Program-made: the position numbers and the translations under genes
Assembly (NCBI GenBank): GCA_950097015.1
Contig: CATNEN010000035.1
Coordinates: forward strand, 434,001-498,000
From: Macrostomum hystrix
Lineage: Eukaryota; Animalia; Platyhelminthes
Direction of reading: 5' to 3'
Length of the DNA: 64,000 nt
Shown here: piece after piece, positions 48,480-60,637 of the stretch
How the letters are laid out: every line of letters begins with the position of its first letter
Numbering within the stretch: the stretch's first letter is position 1
The notes under the pieces: model-generated
The model's database searches: none
Told to the model about the DNA's origin: nothing
The model's input: the letters and a program-made list of their open reading frames with translations, nothing else

Positions 48480-49872
48480 CAGCTCGGCAACGCGAGCTTG
48501 AAGCTGCGTGAGGCGAGAATAAAATTGGCGGCAATTTGAAATTTGAAATCCAACATAAATGCTACATGTATTATATATAATATGCATTGGTTTATGCCAC
48601 AATTGAAAAAACATATGGTTGGGCTTTTAAACAAGCAAATACATAATTTAAGCAAAAACCAGAGCATTCTTTGTAGTAAATTATTTACAGTATTACTATA
48701 GTTGCAAGTTTTCTGCTTGAATTTGGACAGAAAAGGTCTAAAAGTCTTGCTTAACAATCTGCGTTTAGTTTTTAGTTGCTAGTCTCTCGTAATTCAAAGA
48801 TTATAGCGATTCACTACTAGAAAAGCTCTTCGAGCTTTTCTCCTAATGGTTTCACTTTTATAAAATAACCACGAAGTCCTGCAAAAATACCAAGCTTAAA
48901 TAAAAAATAACGAATCTGTGCCGTTCTTTACAAGTCATATATTACAAAGTACATTTACTCTGTCAAGTTCTTGAATATATATTTTAACATATTTCTAACA
49001 TTCAGATATTTTTCTAATATACTTTACTACTTGTAGTAGTTACAGTGATTTAAAGCTTACTTTTAAAGCGAATTATTTAAATGACAAAATAAAGTTAAAA
49101 CTGTCTCGTCGCAATTTATACTAAGACAGAATATCCTAAGCTTATCAGTATGATTAAAATTATAATTAAAATTAAATTTGTTATCAATTTTTTTATTACA
49201 CTTTTTCAGCAAACTTTATAAATAATAACTATTTTTAATTGTTTATACTATGTATTTAATATTATATTATAACATAATAATTAAGCTCACATCATTTATT
49301 GTTCTGTCCGAGCTAGCACTTAGTTCGAAACGACCTTTCGTAGATCGAATCTCGAGGTTATATATCTGTTCTTTTTCATTCATTATCTGCAATAGTCAAT
49401 AGGCGCATACTTTTTTTGTAGAACAAGGTACCAAAAATTTTAAATGTCGCGGCAAATTGAAAAAGAACACCATGCTTCCTTGGTAAACTAAAACAAAGAG
49501 TGCATCATATACCTAAAACTACGAACAATACTTCTAGCATAATTTCAGTTTTTCTTAAACTTTTGCTTTTTATAGCAGAGAAAAATTACCGCATCATAAC
49601 TCATTGACATCGAAATAATTCGACGAGTCATCGAGCATAACGAAATCAAAGACCACAAGAATAAGTCTAAAATAAATTATCTTCTAGTGGTCCTTGAACG
49701 AAATCTCTATCTAGTTTTTAACGAAAAATATAGACTTTTTTAAAATTCCTCGACATCCAGAAATAAATAAATGTATTCAGCCCTTTAATCATATGTAACT
49801 GCAAATGTTTACTTTATTAAACAGCTAGCCTCTACTACGAACGGTCCTTTAGGAAACATACGAGCGTAGTTC

Positions 49873-49918
49873 CAAGGACCACTGTAGTATAACAGTGGTT
49901 ATACTACAGAGGTCCTTG
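49873..49918. mobile_element. 46-bp palindromic hAT-like mini-element with 8-bp TSD
   Basis: Arms CAAGGACCACTGTAGTATAAC / GTTATACTACAGAGGTCCTTG (20 of 21 paired, 4-nt loop), flanked by CGTAGTTC at 49865-49872 and 49919-49926. Confidence 0.65.
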
Positions 49919-51093
49919 CGTAGTTCATGAGCTATATCCAACAAAATTATTTTGCTTCTGATGGCTTCTAACTAATTACTAACATGTAGTTTTAGAAACT
50001 AAAAGTTAGTTTCTAAACGTTTTAAACAAAAGAGTTCGTTTTTACTAATTATGTCCAACTTTTGACTTACTGCTTTCTTAAATAGTTTGATTTATTGAAT
50101 AATTTTTTAATCTTATCTATTGCTAAAAATTTGATACGAATCTTCTGACACGTAATCTTAAAGTGCGGGTGTGTTTTAAATTCCATTTCTTTTTACTTTA
50201 GTGCATTAGTATTTGTTATACCACATATTACATTCAAATGCTAAATTGTCATCGCGAACTTTTTTGTTATATTGTGTGCTAATTGGTTCAGCCTGCAGCC
50301 TTGGCTCAGTGTTGTAAATTTCTAACTGATTTGAGTGAACTGGCATGTAACAAGTTAACTGTTACAAAAAGCAAATTTTCTTTGGTGATGTTACTTTTTT
50401 GCATTAATATAATTTTGTTTTTATATTTATTCTCAATATCGATGTCATTTGTACTTTTGTTACAAAATGAAAATAAAATGAAAATACACAAATTTGAGAC
50501 AATTTAAGACAATAATTTGCTGCAACTACGAAGTAATTGTATCTGCCGCTACAATTAAAACGAGCAAGTATGCTGCTCCACTTTGTTGAGAAAAATAGTT
50601 TCATTGAATAGCAAAATTACGAAAAAAAAATGTAACAAACAGTACAGTACATTTACTAGGGGCTGGTACTTGGGGAGGTTTCAGGGGATAAAACCCTTTC
50701 AGACCTCAAGCGTACCCCTACCATTACGGATCGCAAATCCCTTGTTATACACGAGAGATTTCTTGGTCTATCCCCTAGGGGTCCCAAGCATTTTTGCCAG
50801 TGAGAGCTTTAAGGGAAAGCAACGCGCTAGGGATTGCTTTACTAATCTTAATTTGGAAATGAAAGAGTCGGGGAGCAAAGGCCGCGTACACGAATGAAAA
50901 GAGTCGAGACTAGGTAATGGCGTATTTCCTAACTTATACCAGCTGCGTGCATCATTCATCCAATGATGTAAGAGCAAGTCTCGCAATAACTAGTTAGGGG
51001 GGCCAAACTGTATAAATTGTAGTTAGCAAACCGAGTCTGCGCTTAAGAAGTCAGATTCAAACAAAAATTTATGAAATCGTTAGATGCCATTAG

Positions 51094-52221
51094 ATGGCAT
51101 CTCTCAACGCATCACAGCTGCCTCCTACACTGCCGATGGACCTGGAGCCCAGCCTTCTGGTGCTAGTCGCCTGGTGGACGACTCTGGCCCTCGCTCTGCT
51201 CGGCTGCGGTCTGAACGCCTTCCTGCTCCTCGCCACGGTTGCCCGCCGGTGCCGAAGCCGCGGAAGCCATGGCCGCTCAAACAACGGCTTGCTGTTCCTG
51301 GCCGGCGCGGAGATCGCTCTGACCATGGTCCTATCGCTGCACCTGGTGTTCAGACACGTCGGCGGACCAGCCAGCCTCGACTCCGCTTTCCACTCGCTGC
51401 ACGTGGTCCGCAACTGGTGGCTCCTGGCGCTGACCGCCTGCCGTACGGCGGCCGTGCTGAAGCCGCTCAGCAATGGCACCGGCGGGCGCGCAGGCGGGCT
51501 CTGTCGGCTGGGCTGGCGCTGGCAGCTGCTGGCAGTCGGAGCCACGGCAGCCGCCGCTGTCGGTCTCGTGAGCGCCAGCGGCCAATTAGTCTCGGTCAGC
51601 CGGTTGGCAGACTCATTTGAGAACGCCACCCTGCGTGAGTCGCTCCAGCCAGGCCTGGCTCGATTCGCCGTGGTGGCCAGCATCGGGACCCTGGCTCCCG
51701 GAGTCTGCATCGTCTGCCTGGGCGCCCGCACCGCGGCGGCCCTTCGACATCAGGCCTTCCACCATCCGTCATCGCATCGCAGCTGCCGCATGGTCCTGAT
51801 GCTCTCGCTGGGCTTCGCCGCGCTCGAGTTCCCCTTCGCCGGATTTCAGCTGGTCACCGTCGGTAGCGTGCTGTCCATCGAAGACTGGACTGTGCAAGAG
51901 CTGCTGGAGGCCGTGTTCCGCCTGGAGGTAGCCGCCGCCTGGGGCCTCGCCTGCGTGCCAGCGAACTCCTGCCTGAACTTCTGTGTCCTGCTGCTGTGCA
52001 GTCGCACTTTTCGCGCGGACGTTTGCTGCTGCGCTGGTCGCGATGGGGCCGCTGCAGTTGCTGCGGCCACAGCGGCGCTTGCAGCCGCGGCAGCTGCTCC
52101 TCTAGCGGCTTCTGAAACTGCAACCCTGGGCTCCCGCCGGAATCGAAGGCCGCATTCGACAACGAGCGTGACCCGCTCTGATTCGCATCGTTGCCTGGCG
52201 GTTTCCACAACGGCAGCCTAG
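51094..52221 (+). CDS. Intronless rhodopsin-like (class A) GPCR, orphan/peptide-receptor-like, 375 aa
   Basis: Seven hydrophobic segments: TM1 GCGLN, TM2 LAGAE, TM3 LTACRTAAVLKP (DRY position), TM6 FAALEFP, TM7 NSCLNFCVLLLCSRTFR. Confidence 0.8.
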   Translation: MASLNASQLPPTLPMDLEPSLLVLVAWWTTLALALLGCGLNAFLLLATVARRCRSRGSHGRSNNGLLFLAGAEIALTMVLSLHLVFRHVGGPASLDSAFHSLHVVRNWWLLALTACRTAAVLKPLSNGTGGRAGGLCRLGWRWQLLAVGATAAAAVGLVSASGQLVSVSRLADSFENATLRESLQPGLARFAVVASIGTLAPGVCIVCLGARTAAALRHQAFHHPSSHRSCRMVLMLSLGFAALEFPFAGFQLVTVGSVLSIEDWTVQELLEAVFRLEVAAAWGLACVPANSCLNFCVLLLCSRTFRADVCCCAGRDGAAAVAAATAALAAAAAAPLAASETATLGSRRNRRPHSTTSVTRSDSHRCLAVSTTAA

Positions 52222-53194
52222 CTGAAGCAGAGATTGGGTTACAAGTAACTTGTTGTTGTACACGGGCCACTGAAATTAGACTGGGTAAATTCTTGGTTCG
52301 GAAATAAATTGACACCTCACTCTCCTTATATCCTCTTTCACAAGTGACATTGGTGGGATTGAAAACACTTAATTAATATGAAAAAAGAATTTGTTTGAAC
52401 GAGTGCAACGCGTTACTTTCCGTATTTGAACAGAATTCAGCCATGCCTGGCACTTGCCATGCTTATTAATATTCCTTTTGTGAATATTTTATAAATTCGA
52501 CTAGCAAATACTCAAGCGGACTCAAACATGAGCTGAAAAAGACCGAAGCAAACTCAAGCAGACTCAAACAGGCTAAATTAGAATGCTAACTCTAAATGTT
52601 AACGGCTAATTTCACTCCTCTAATGTCACGCCCACCTGCCTCATTATCAGTCACGTGACTGCTATTCGTCAAATGAAATAATTTTTAGATCATGTGATTC
52701 AAAGTCGGGCCACACAATCTCCTTTTGCAATTAGCCAACGAGGAACAGCACTTAGCATTGATTGCTATTTAAGAGGCCTCTCTTAGTCTCGAAACGGTGT
52801 GATTTTACCAACCAATCGATGATTAATAATCGAATTGCAGCCACTTATTGAAACTGAGCACCGTGCAGTTACAACCCGTAAGAGACAGACATGGATTTCC
52901 CGTCACTCTGCTATCGAAAGAAGCTTTAGAGAAAGCTTCTAAGATATGTTAAATAGCCTGGGAGCAATTTTCGATGCAACCTTTCCCTCATCAACCAGCT
53001 GACAAATAGTGACTCCTCTTGAACGCATCTATTTTTTATCAATGCTGTATTATATGATTTCTCCTTATTTACTTTCCCAGCAAAGTCTAAAAGTACAGGG
53101 CTAATGGCATTGTGAGATTTGCCTCATCCATAAATTATAGCCATTCTATTCACTATAGCAGAGACTGCAATGCACTCTACTATTTCCTCCATTA

Positions 53195-53940
53195 GATTGT
53201 CACTCCAACCTGTCTCAGTGCCAGTCTCAGACTCTCACTCCAACCTGTCCCAGTGCCAGTCTCAGATTGTCAGTCCAACCTGTCTCAGTGCCAGTCTCAG
53301 ACTCTCACTCCAACCTGTCCCAGTGCCAGTTTCAGATTGTCAGTCCAACCTGTCTCAGTGCCAGTCTCAGATTGTCACTCCAACCTGTCTCAGTGCCAGT
53401 CTCAGACTCTCACTCCAACCTGTCTCAGTGCCAGTCTCAGACTCTCACTCCAACCTGTCTCAGTGCCAGTCTCAGAATCTCACTCCATCCTGTCTCAGTG
53501 CCAGTCTCAGACTCTCACTCCAACCTGTCTCAGTGCCAGTCTCAGATTGTCACTCCAACCTGTCTCAGTGCCAGTCTCAGAATCTCACTCCAACCTGTCT
53601 CAGTGCCAGTCTCAGACTCTCACTCCAACCTGTCTCAGTGCCAGTCTCAGACTCTCACTCCATCCTGTCTCAGTGCCAGTCTCAGATTGTCAGTCCAACC
53701 TGTCTCAGTGCCAGTCTCAGACTCTCACTCCAACCTGTCTCAGTGCCAGTCTCAGATTGTCACTCCAACCTGTCTTAGTGCCAGTCTCAGACTCTCACTC
53801 CAACCTGTCTCAGTGCCAGTCTCAGACTCTCACTCCAACCTGTCTCAGTGCCAGTCTCAGAATCTCACTCCATCCTGTCTCAGTGCCAGTCTCAGACTCT
53901 CACTCCAACCTGTCTCAGTGCCAGTCTCAGATTGTCACTC
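53195..53940. repeat. Minisatellite, 35-bp unit CAGTGCCAGTCTCAGACTCTCACTCCAACCTGTCT
   Basis: About 21 copies. Confidence 0.95.
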
Positions 53941-54417
53941 GAAAGGATTGTAATCTAGCGCTGGGATTTGTTCAAATTTCATTGTGTTTCGTGCGATAAA
54001 AAATTGCCCAAAGAAGTGAAGATTTTTCCGACTGACGAGCAGTGCATGCAGATCTGCAGAGTGCACAGCAGCCCTGATACAAAAATAGTCGCTACAGAAG
54101 ATAGGCAAGCTGAACCCTTACCATGGACAGGCACGCAATCGTTCTAGTAATTTGACTACGCTAAATCTAGCGGGGGCCGCTTTAGAAACCGGAGGAGCTT
54201 ACAGAGCGAGATTCGGGATTTTAGTCATGAATTGTCGTCAGCAATCTTTGAAACAGAACCGAGCACGCACACTGGGCAGAGCCGCAATTCAGACCAGTAG
54301 TACGCTGAGTCTGATCATTGACTCCATGCGGTACGATTCCATGACAGCCCTTCTGTCATATATGAGAGTGCGACCTGCGTTGTTTGTTATTCAAAATAAT
54401 TTACCTAAGCAATAACT

Positions 54418-55058
54418 TGACTAGACATCTACCTGAGTACCAATTAGACATCTACCTGAGTACCAATTAGACATCTACCTGAGTACCAATTAGACATCTA
54501 CCTGAGTACCAATTAGACATCTACCTGAGTACCAATTAGACATCTACCTGAGTACCAACTAGACATCTACCTGAGTACCAACTAGACATCTACCTGAGTA
54601 CCAACTAGACATCTACCTGAGTACCAATTAGACATCTACCTGAGTACCAACTAGACATCTACTTGAGTACCAATTAGACATCTACCTGAGTACCAATTAG
54701 ACATCTACCTGAGTACCAATTAGACATCTACCTGAGTACCAATTAGACATCTACCTGAGTACCAACTAGACATCTACCTGAGTACCAACTAGACATCTAC
54801 CTGAGTACCAACTAGACATCTACCTGAGTACCAATTAGACATCTACCTGAGTACCAATTAGACATCTACCTGAGTACCAACTAGACATCTACCTGAGTAC
54901 CAACTAGACATCTACCTGAGTACCAATTAGACATCTACCTGAGTACCAACTAGACATCTACCTGAGTACCAACTAGACATCTACCTGAGTACCAACTAGA
55001 CATCTACCTGAGTACCAACTAGACATCTACCTGAGTACCAACTAGACATCTACCTGAG
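54418..55058. repeat. Minisatellite, 23-bp unit TAGACATCTACCTGAGTACCAAY
   Basis: About 28 copies. Confidence 0.96.
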
Positions 55059-55089
55059 TTCTATTTCGAAATGTTTTCGAAATTTCGAA

Positions 55090-56545
55090 AAGAATCTACC
55101 CATGGATTCTAACAAAGAATCCACCAGGATTGTATCAAAGAATCTACCTGGATTGTATCAAATAATCTACCTGGATTGTATCAAAGAATCTACCAGGATT
55201 GTATCAAAGAATCTACCTGGATTGTATCAAAGAATCTACCAGGATTGTATCAAAGAATCTACCTGGATTGTATCAAAGAATCTACCTGGATTGTATCAAA
55301 GAATCTACCTGGATTGTATCAAAGAATCTACCTGGATTGTATCAAAGAATCTACCTGGATTGTATCAAAGAATCTACCAGGATTGTATCAAAGAATCTAC
55401 CTGGATTGTATCAAAGAATCTACCTGGATTGTATCAAAGAATCTACCAGGATTGTATCAAAGAATCTACCTGGATTGTATCAAAGAATCTACCTGGATTG
55501 TATCAAAGAATCTACCAGGATTTTATCAAAGAATCTACCTGGATTGTATCAAAGAATCTACCAGGATTGTATCAAAGAATCTACCCATGGATTCTAACAA
55601 AGAATCCACCTGGATTGTATCAAAGAATCTACCAGGATTGTATCAAAGAATCTACCAGGATTGTATCAAAGAATCTACCTGGATTGTATCAAAGAATCTA
55701 CCAGGATTGTATCAAAGAATCTACCAGGATTGTATCAAAGAATCTACCAGGATTGTATCAAAGAATCTACCAGGATTGTATCAAAGAATCTACCTGGATT
55801 GTATCAAAGAATCCACCTGGATTGTATCAAAGAATCTACCTGGATTGTATCAAAGAATCTACCAGGATTGTATCAAAGAATCTACCCATGGATTCTAACA
55901 AAGAATCCACCTGGATTGTATCAAAGAATCTACCAGGATTGTATCAAAGAATCTACCAGGATTGTATCAAAGAATCTACCTGGATTGTATCAAAGAATCT
56001 ACCTGGATTGTATCAAAGAATCTACCAGGATTGTATCAAAGAATCTACCTGGATTGTATCAAAGAATCTACCTGGATTGTATCAAAGAATCTACCAGGAT
56101 TTTATCAAAGAATCTACCTGGATTGTATCAAAGAATCTACCAGGATTGTATCAAAGAATCTACCCATGGATTCTAACAAAGAATCCACCTGGATTGTATC
56201 AAAGAATCTACCAGGATTGTATCAAAGAATCTACCAGGATTGTATCAAAGAATCTACCTGGATTGTATCAAAGAATCTACCAGGATTGTATCAAAGAATC
56301 TACCAGGATTGTATCAAAGAATCTACCAGGATTGTATCAAAGAATCTACCAGGATTGTATCAAAGAATCTACCTGGATTGTATCAAAGAATCCACCTGGA
56401 TTGTATCAAAGAATCTACCTGGATTGTATCAAAGAATCTACCAGGATTGTATCAAAGAATCTACCCATGGATTCTAACAAAGAATCCACCTGGATTGTAT
56501 CAAAGAATCTACCAGGATTGTATCAAAGAATCTACCAGGATTGTA
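55090..56545. repeat. Minisatellite, 23-bp unit AAAGAATCTACCWGGATTGTATC
   Basis: About 63 copies with periodic CCCATGGATTCTAAC variants. Confidence 0.96.
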
Positions 56546-57409
56546 TTAAATAATTTACTTAGCTTAAACTTACATGTTTGTTTTAAATGGACTGCAATTA
56601 TTTAAAGCAATCAAAAAACAGGGAATCCAAATAGTTTTGTCGTGGCTAGATTAAAAACTGCTGCATGAAAAAAGTTTTTATCGTGTTCTGTATTTTATAA
56701 AGTCAAGAAGAAGAGCAAACACGAGAGAGGAAGCTTATAAATATATATTTAATTATTAAAAGCGCTAACCCTGCTAGCATATTATAGCAGTTTGTGAATG
56801 TACACATGGTAGTGACCTAAAAACAGCTCTAATATAATTAATCAGTTTCTTACAAACAGCATCATTATGTATATATATCAGGCAGGGAGCAAGCTTACTA
56901 CTTGTATGAGTAGAATTAGCGAGCAGCAGAATAAATATTAATCAGGCTATGAATGCAACAGCTGCGAAGATTATGACTGAATAAACTCGGCGATTTACAA
57001 TAAAATCTAGATAACATTATACTAGGCGAGTATTAATTAGGCAGGTAAACTGTTAAAAGTATATAAAACAATACTAGGTGGAGACACGATGGCAACCAAC
57101 ATCTGAATTATGATAGGACAAGCTATAGTCATCTTGCAGTAGATAGTATACAATGTCGACCGTCCTATCTCTATAGTTACAGATTGCTGCAAGCAAGAAA
57201 AACATTAAAAGAAAGGCATTTGATGGGAAAGCGACAGATACGAGTGCATTCAATTAGCAGCACTGAGTACCAACTAGACATCTAGACAGATTAGATTAAC
57301 TGAGTTTGTTTACCCATAAAAAATCAACATCGTCAAAATTTGTGCATTTCAAGCGATCAATTACTTCAAAGTTGCAAATAAGAGAAACTAGTTCTATTAT
57401 GATAAATTC

Positions 57410-58790
57410 GGATAAGATAGGAGAACTGCGGATGGGATGAGATTGGAGAACTGAGGATGGGATGAGATTGGAGAACTGAGGATGGGATGAGATTGGAGAA
57501 CTGAGGATGGGATGAGATTGGAGAACTGAGGATGGGATGAGATTGGAGAACTGAGGATGGGGTGAGATTGGAGAACTGAGGATGGGGTGAGATTGGAGAA
57601 CTGAGGGATGAGATTGGAGAACTGAGGGATGAGATTGGAGAACTGAGGGATGAGATTGGACAACTGAGGATTAGAATGAGATTGGAGAACTGAAAATGAG
57701 GATGAGATTTGAGAACTGAAAATGGGGATGAGATTGGAGAAATGAAAATGGGGATGAGATTGGAGAACTGAAAATGGGGATGAGATTGGAGAACTGAGGA
57801 TGGGATGAGATTGAAGAACTGAGGAGGGATGAGATTGGAGAACTGAGGATTGAAATGAGATTGGAGAACTGAGGATTGAAATGAGATTGGAGAACTGAGG
57901 ATTGAAATGAGATTGGAGAACTGAGGATTGAAATGAGATTGGAGAACTGAGGATGGGATGAGATTGGAGAACTGAGGGATGAGATTGGAGAACTGAGGGA
58001 TGAGATTGGACAACTGAGGATTAGAATGAGATTGGAGAACTGAAAATGAGGATGAGATTTGAGAACTGAAAATGGGGATGAGATTGGAGAAATGAAAATG
58101 GGGATGAGATTGAAGAACTGAAAATGGGGATGAGATTGGAGAACTGAGGATGGGATGAGATTGAAGAACTGAGGAGGGATGAGATTGGAGAACTGAGGAT
58201 TGAAATGAGATTGGAGAACTGAGGATTGAAATGAGATTGGAGAACTGAGGATTGAAATGAGATTGGAGAACTGAGGATTGAAATGAGATTGGAGAACTGA
58301 GGATGGGGTGAGATTGGAGAACTGAGGGATGAGATTGGAGAACTGAGGGATGAGATTGGACAACTGAGGATTAGAATGAGATTGGAGAACTGAAAATGAG
58401 GATGAGATTTGAGAACTGAAAATGGGGATGAGATTGGAGAAATGAAAATGGGGATGAGATTGAAGAACTGAAAATGGGGATGAGATTGGAGAACTGAGGA
58501 TGGGATGAGATTGAAGAACTGAGGAGGGATGAGATAGGAGAACTGAGGATTGAAATGAGATTGGAGAACTGAGGATTGAAATGAGATTGGAGAACTGAGG
58601 ATTGAAATGAGATTGGAGAACTGAGGATTGAAATGAGATTGGAGAACTGAGGATTGAAATGAGATTGGAGAACTAAGGATTGAAATGAGATTGGAGAACT
58701 GAGGATTGAAATGAGATTAGAGAACTGAGGATTGAAATGAGATTGGAGAACTGAGGATTGAAATGAGATTGGAGAACTGAGGATGAGATG
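57410..58790. repeat. Minisatellite, 24-26-bp unit GAGATTGGAGAACTGAGGATTGAAAT
   Basis: Variant array with a 350-bp higher-order period. Confidence 0.95.
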
Positions 58791-59874
58791 TAATGGGAGA
58801 AAGGAAAAACTGAAAGGTCATAAAGGGAATGAGAAGTATTTGTCCCAATAACACAGTGTTTAATTAGTTTTAATCTCAAAGAAATGACACTACATTAGAA
58901 AAACTAGAAACTTTGAAGCAGGCTGATTAAATTTTACTCTAATCTTTCTAACAGAAAGAAACATACAATAAAACTACAAAAAGTAATAGACCGCACTGGG
59001 AGAGATTGAATAAGAAAGCAAATGATACAGAGACTATCCGCTGTAGATACTAGACCTGTCGCAGCTAGCGGCAGTGGGGCTGAGAGAAAAATATATTTTG
59101 CCATTTTTTAAGTCCTGAGAGCGTCGCCTTTGTTGAAATAAAATAGATGCATAAATAAAGAGCAGGTAAAAAAATAAAACAAGATTGATTTGCTGACGCT
59201 ATTTAGTTTCTGACGCGCTTGGAAAATAAAAAACTTTTGATCTGTAAAATTTAACACAGATGAAATAAGCATATATGTTAAACGATCTGCAATAATTTGT
59301 TTGTTGGCTATTATAAAATGAAAAAACGAGCGCGCAGACTACTCAAAGTAGTTTGGCAGTATAACAGAGCAGCAAATTGGAGAAATATATATTCTATAGG
59401 CTAGGCCGTAGTGAGGGAAGGTGATGGAAATGATGAGTATCAAATTAAAAATCTTTAGCAGAAAACACATGCGCATCGGACTATGTGACCGCGTGTATTG
59501 TTAGTTGATAGGGTCATGTGCAAGCTCGTAAAAAATAACTGTCAGTAACTGTCTCTAAATCCTACCAAAAAACGCCACTATCAGTTCGTTAAAACGTAAG
59601 TCAATCAGTTAGTTTTCTTACTCATAAGAGTTCGGTCGGTTGTATCAGATATATTTAATGTTTAGCGATGCTACTAAACGATTTAAATAGAGAACAATTA
59701 CCACATGGGCGTCATTCATTAAATCTATCTCAGCTAAGTCATGTTCTTTAGCTCATTGTTGATTATAAAAATTTTATAGAATAAAATCTGAATTGACAAG
59801 ACGCGAATGCGAAGCCGAGATTCCAGATAAATCTCACGAGACTTTATTTTACTAAGTTAGTAATAATTAATAAT

Positions 59875-60167
59875 AATTTATTACACCTGCCCCAATCGGG
59901 CCAGATGTGCAGCCGACAGCATAGCCGCAGCTATTGCGCGGCGCATCTGAAGGCTGCGTACAGCTGTTCAGTCCATGGACTGGGGGGACGCTACACCCAC
60001 CTTCAATTATCCCAGCTGCAGTAAATGGTACCTATTTAACAGCTGGGTGAACTGAAGCAATGCAGAGTTAACTGTCTTGCTAAAGGACACAAATTGTTTC
60101 AGTGGAGTCGGGAATCGAACCCGCGACCTTCAAGTCGTTAGTCCGACGCCCTAACCTCTAGGCTACA
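59875..60167 (-). mobile_element. tRNA-derived SINE family B with CORE-like domain, second copy
   Basis: Colinear with 39770-40068 over its whole length. Confidence 0.78.
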
Positions 60168-60637
60168 AGCTCTTTGTAAGTATATTGTACAAATCGGTAA
60201 ATCGCATTAAACACACTGGGATTTCAAAGCACTATGCCCAGTAAGTTATAATAATGCATATAATCAAATAAACTATTAAACAAACTACCATCGATGCTAT
60301 TTAATAGTACAAAATAATCTAGCTGCCTTTATTCTAAGAGGATTCTAACCGCGAATCTAACTGGAGTCTAGAAAAGACTCTACCCATATTCTACATAAAA
60401 GCACCTTTACTCAACAATGAGTACACTTTCATTCTACTAGTAATAATTTAAGTTGTCAATATTGAGTCTTAGGATACTTCAATTCAACTAAAGTAAGCAT
60501 AAGTAAGTACTTTCGCAGCGGTGCGAGTTAAGTCATGAACTAGGAATAATGCCGGGAACAAAGGTCGAGAGAGAATTTCTTTAAACTGAACAGAAATCTG
60601 ACAGCTCAATTTCAGTTGTTTCCAAACGAGGCCCGGC

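Noticed and set aside
53170-58363. Long repetitive ORFs at 53170-53999, 55102-56605 and 57366-58363
   Set aside because: Translations of 35-, 23- and about 26-bp tandem arrays. The same applies to ORFs at 1-207, 1137-2075, 2636-3332, 10788-11539, 13670-15246 and 22719-24421.
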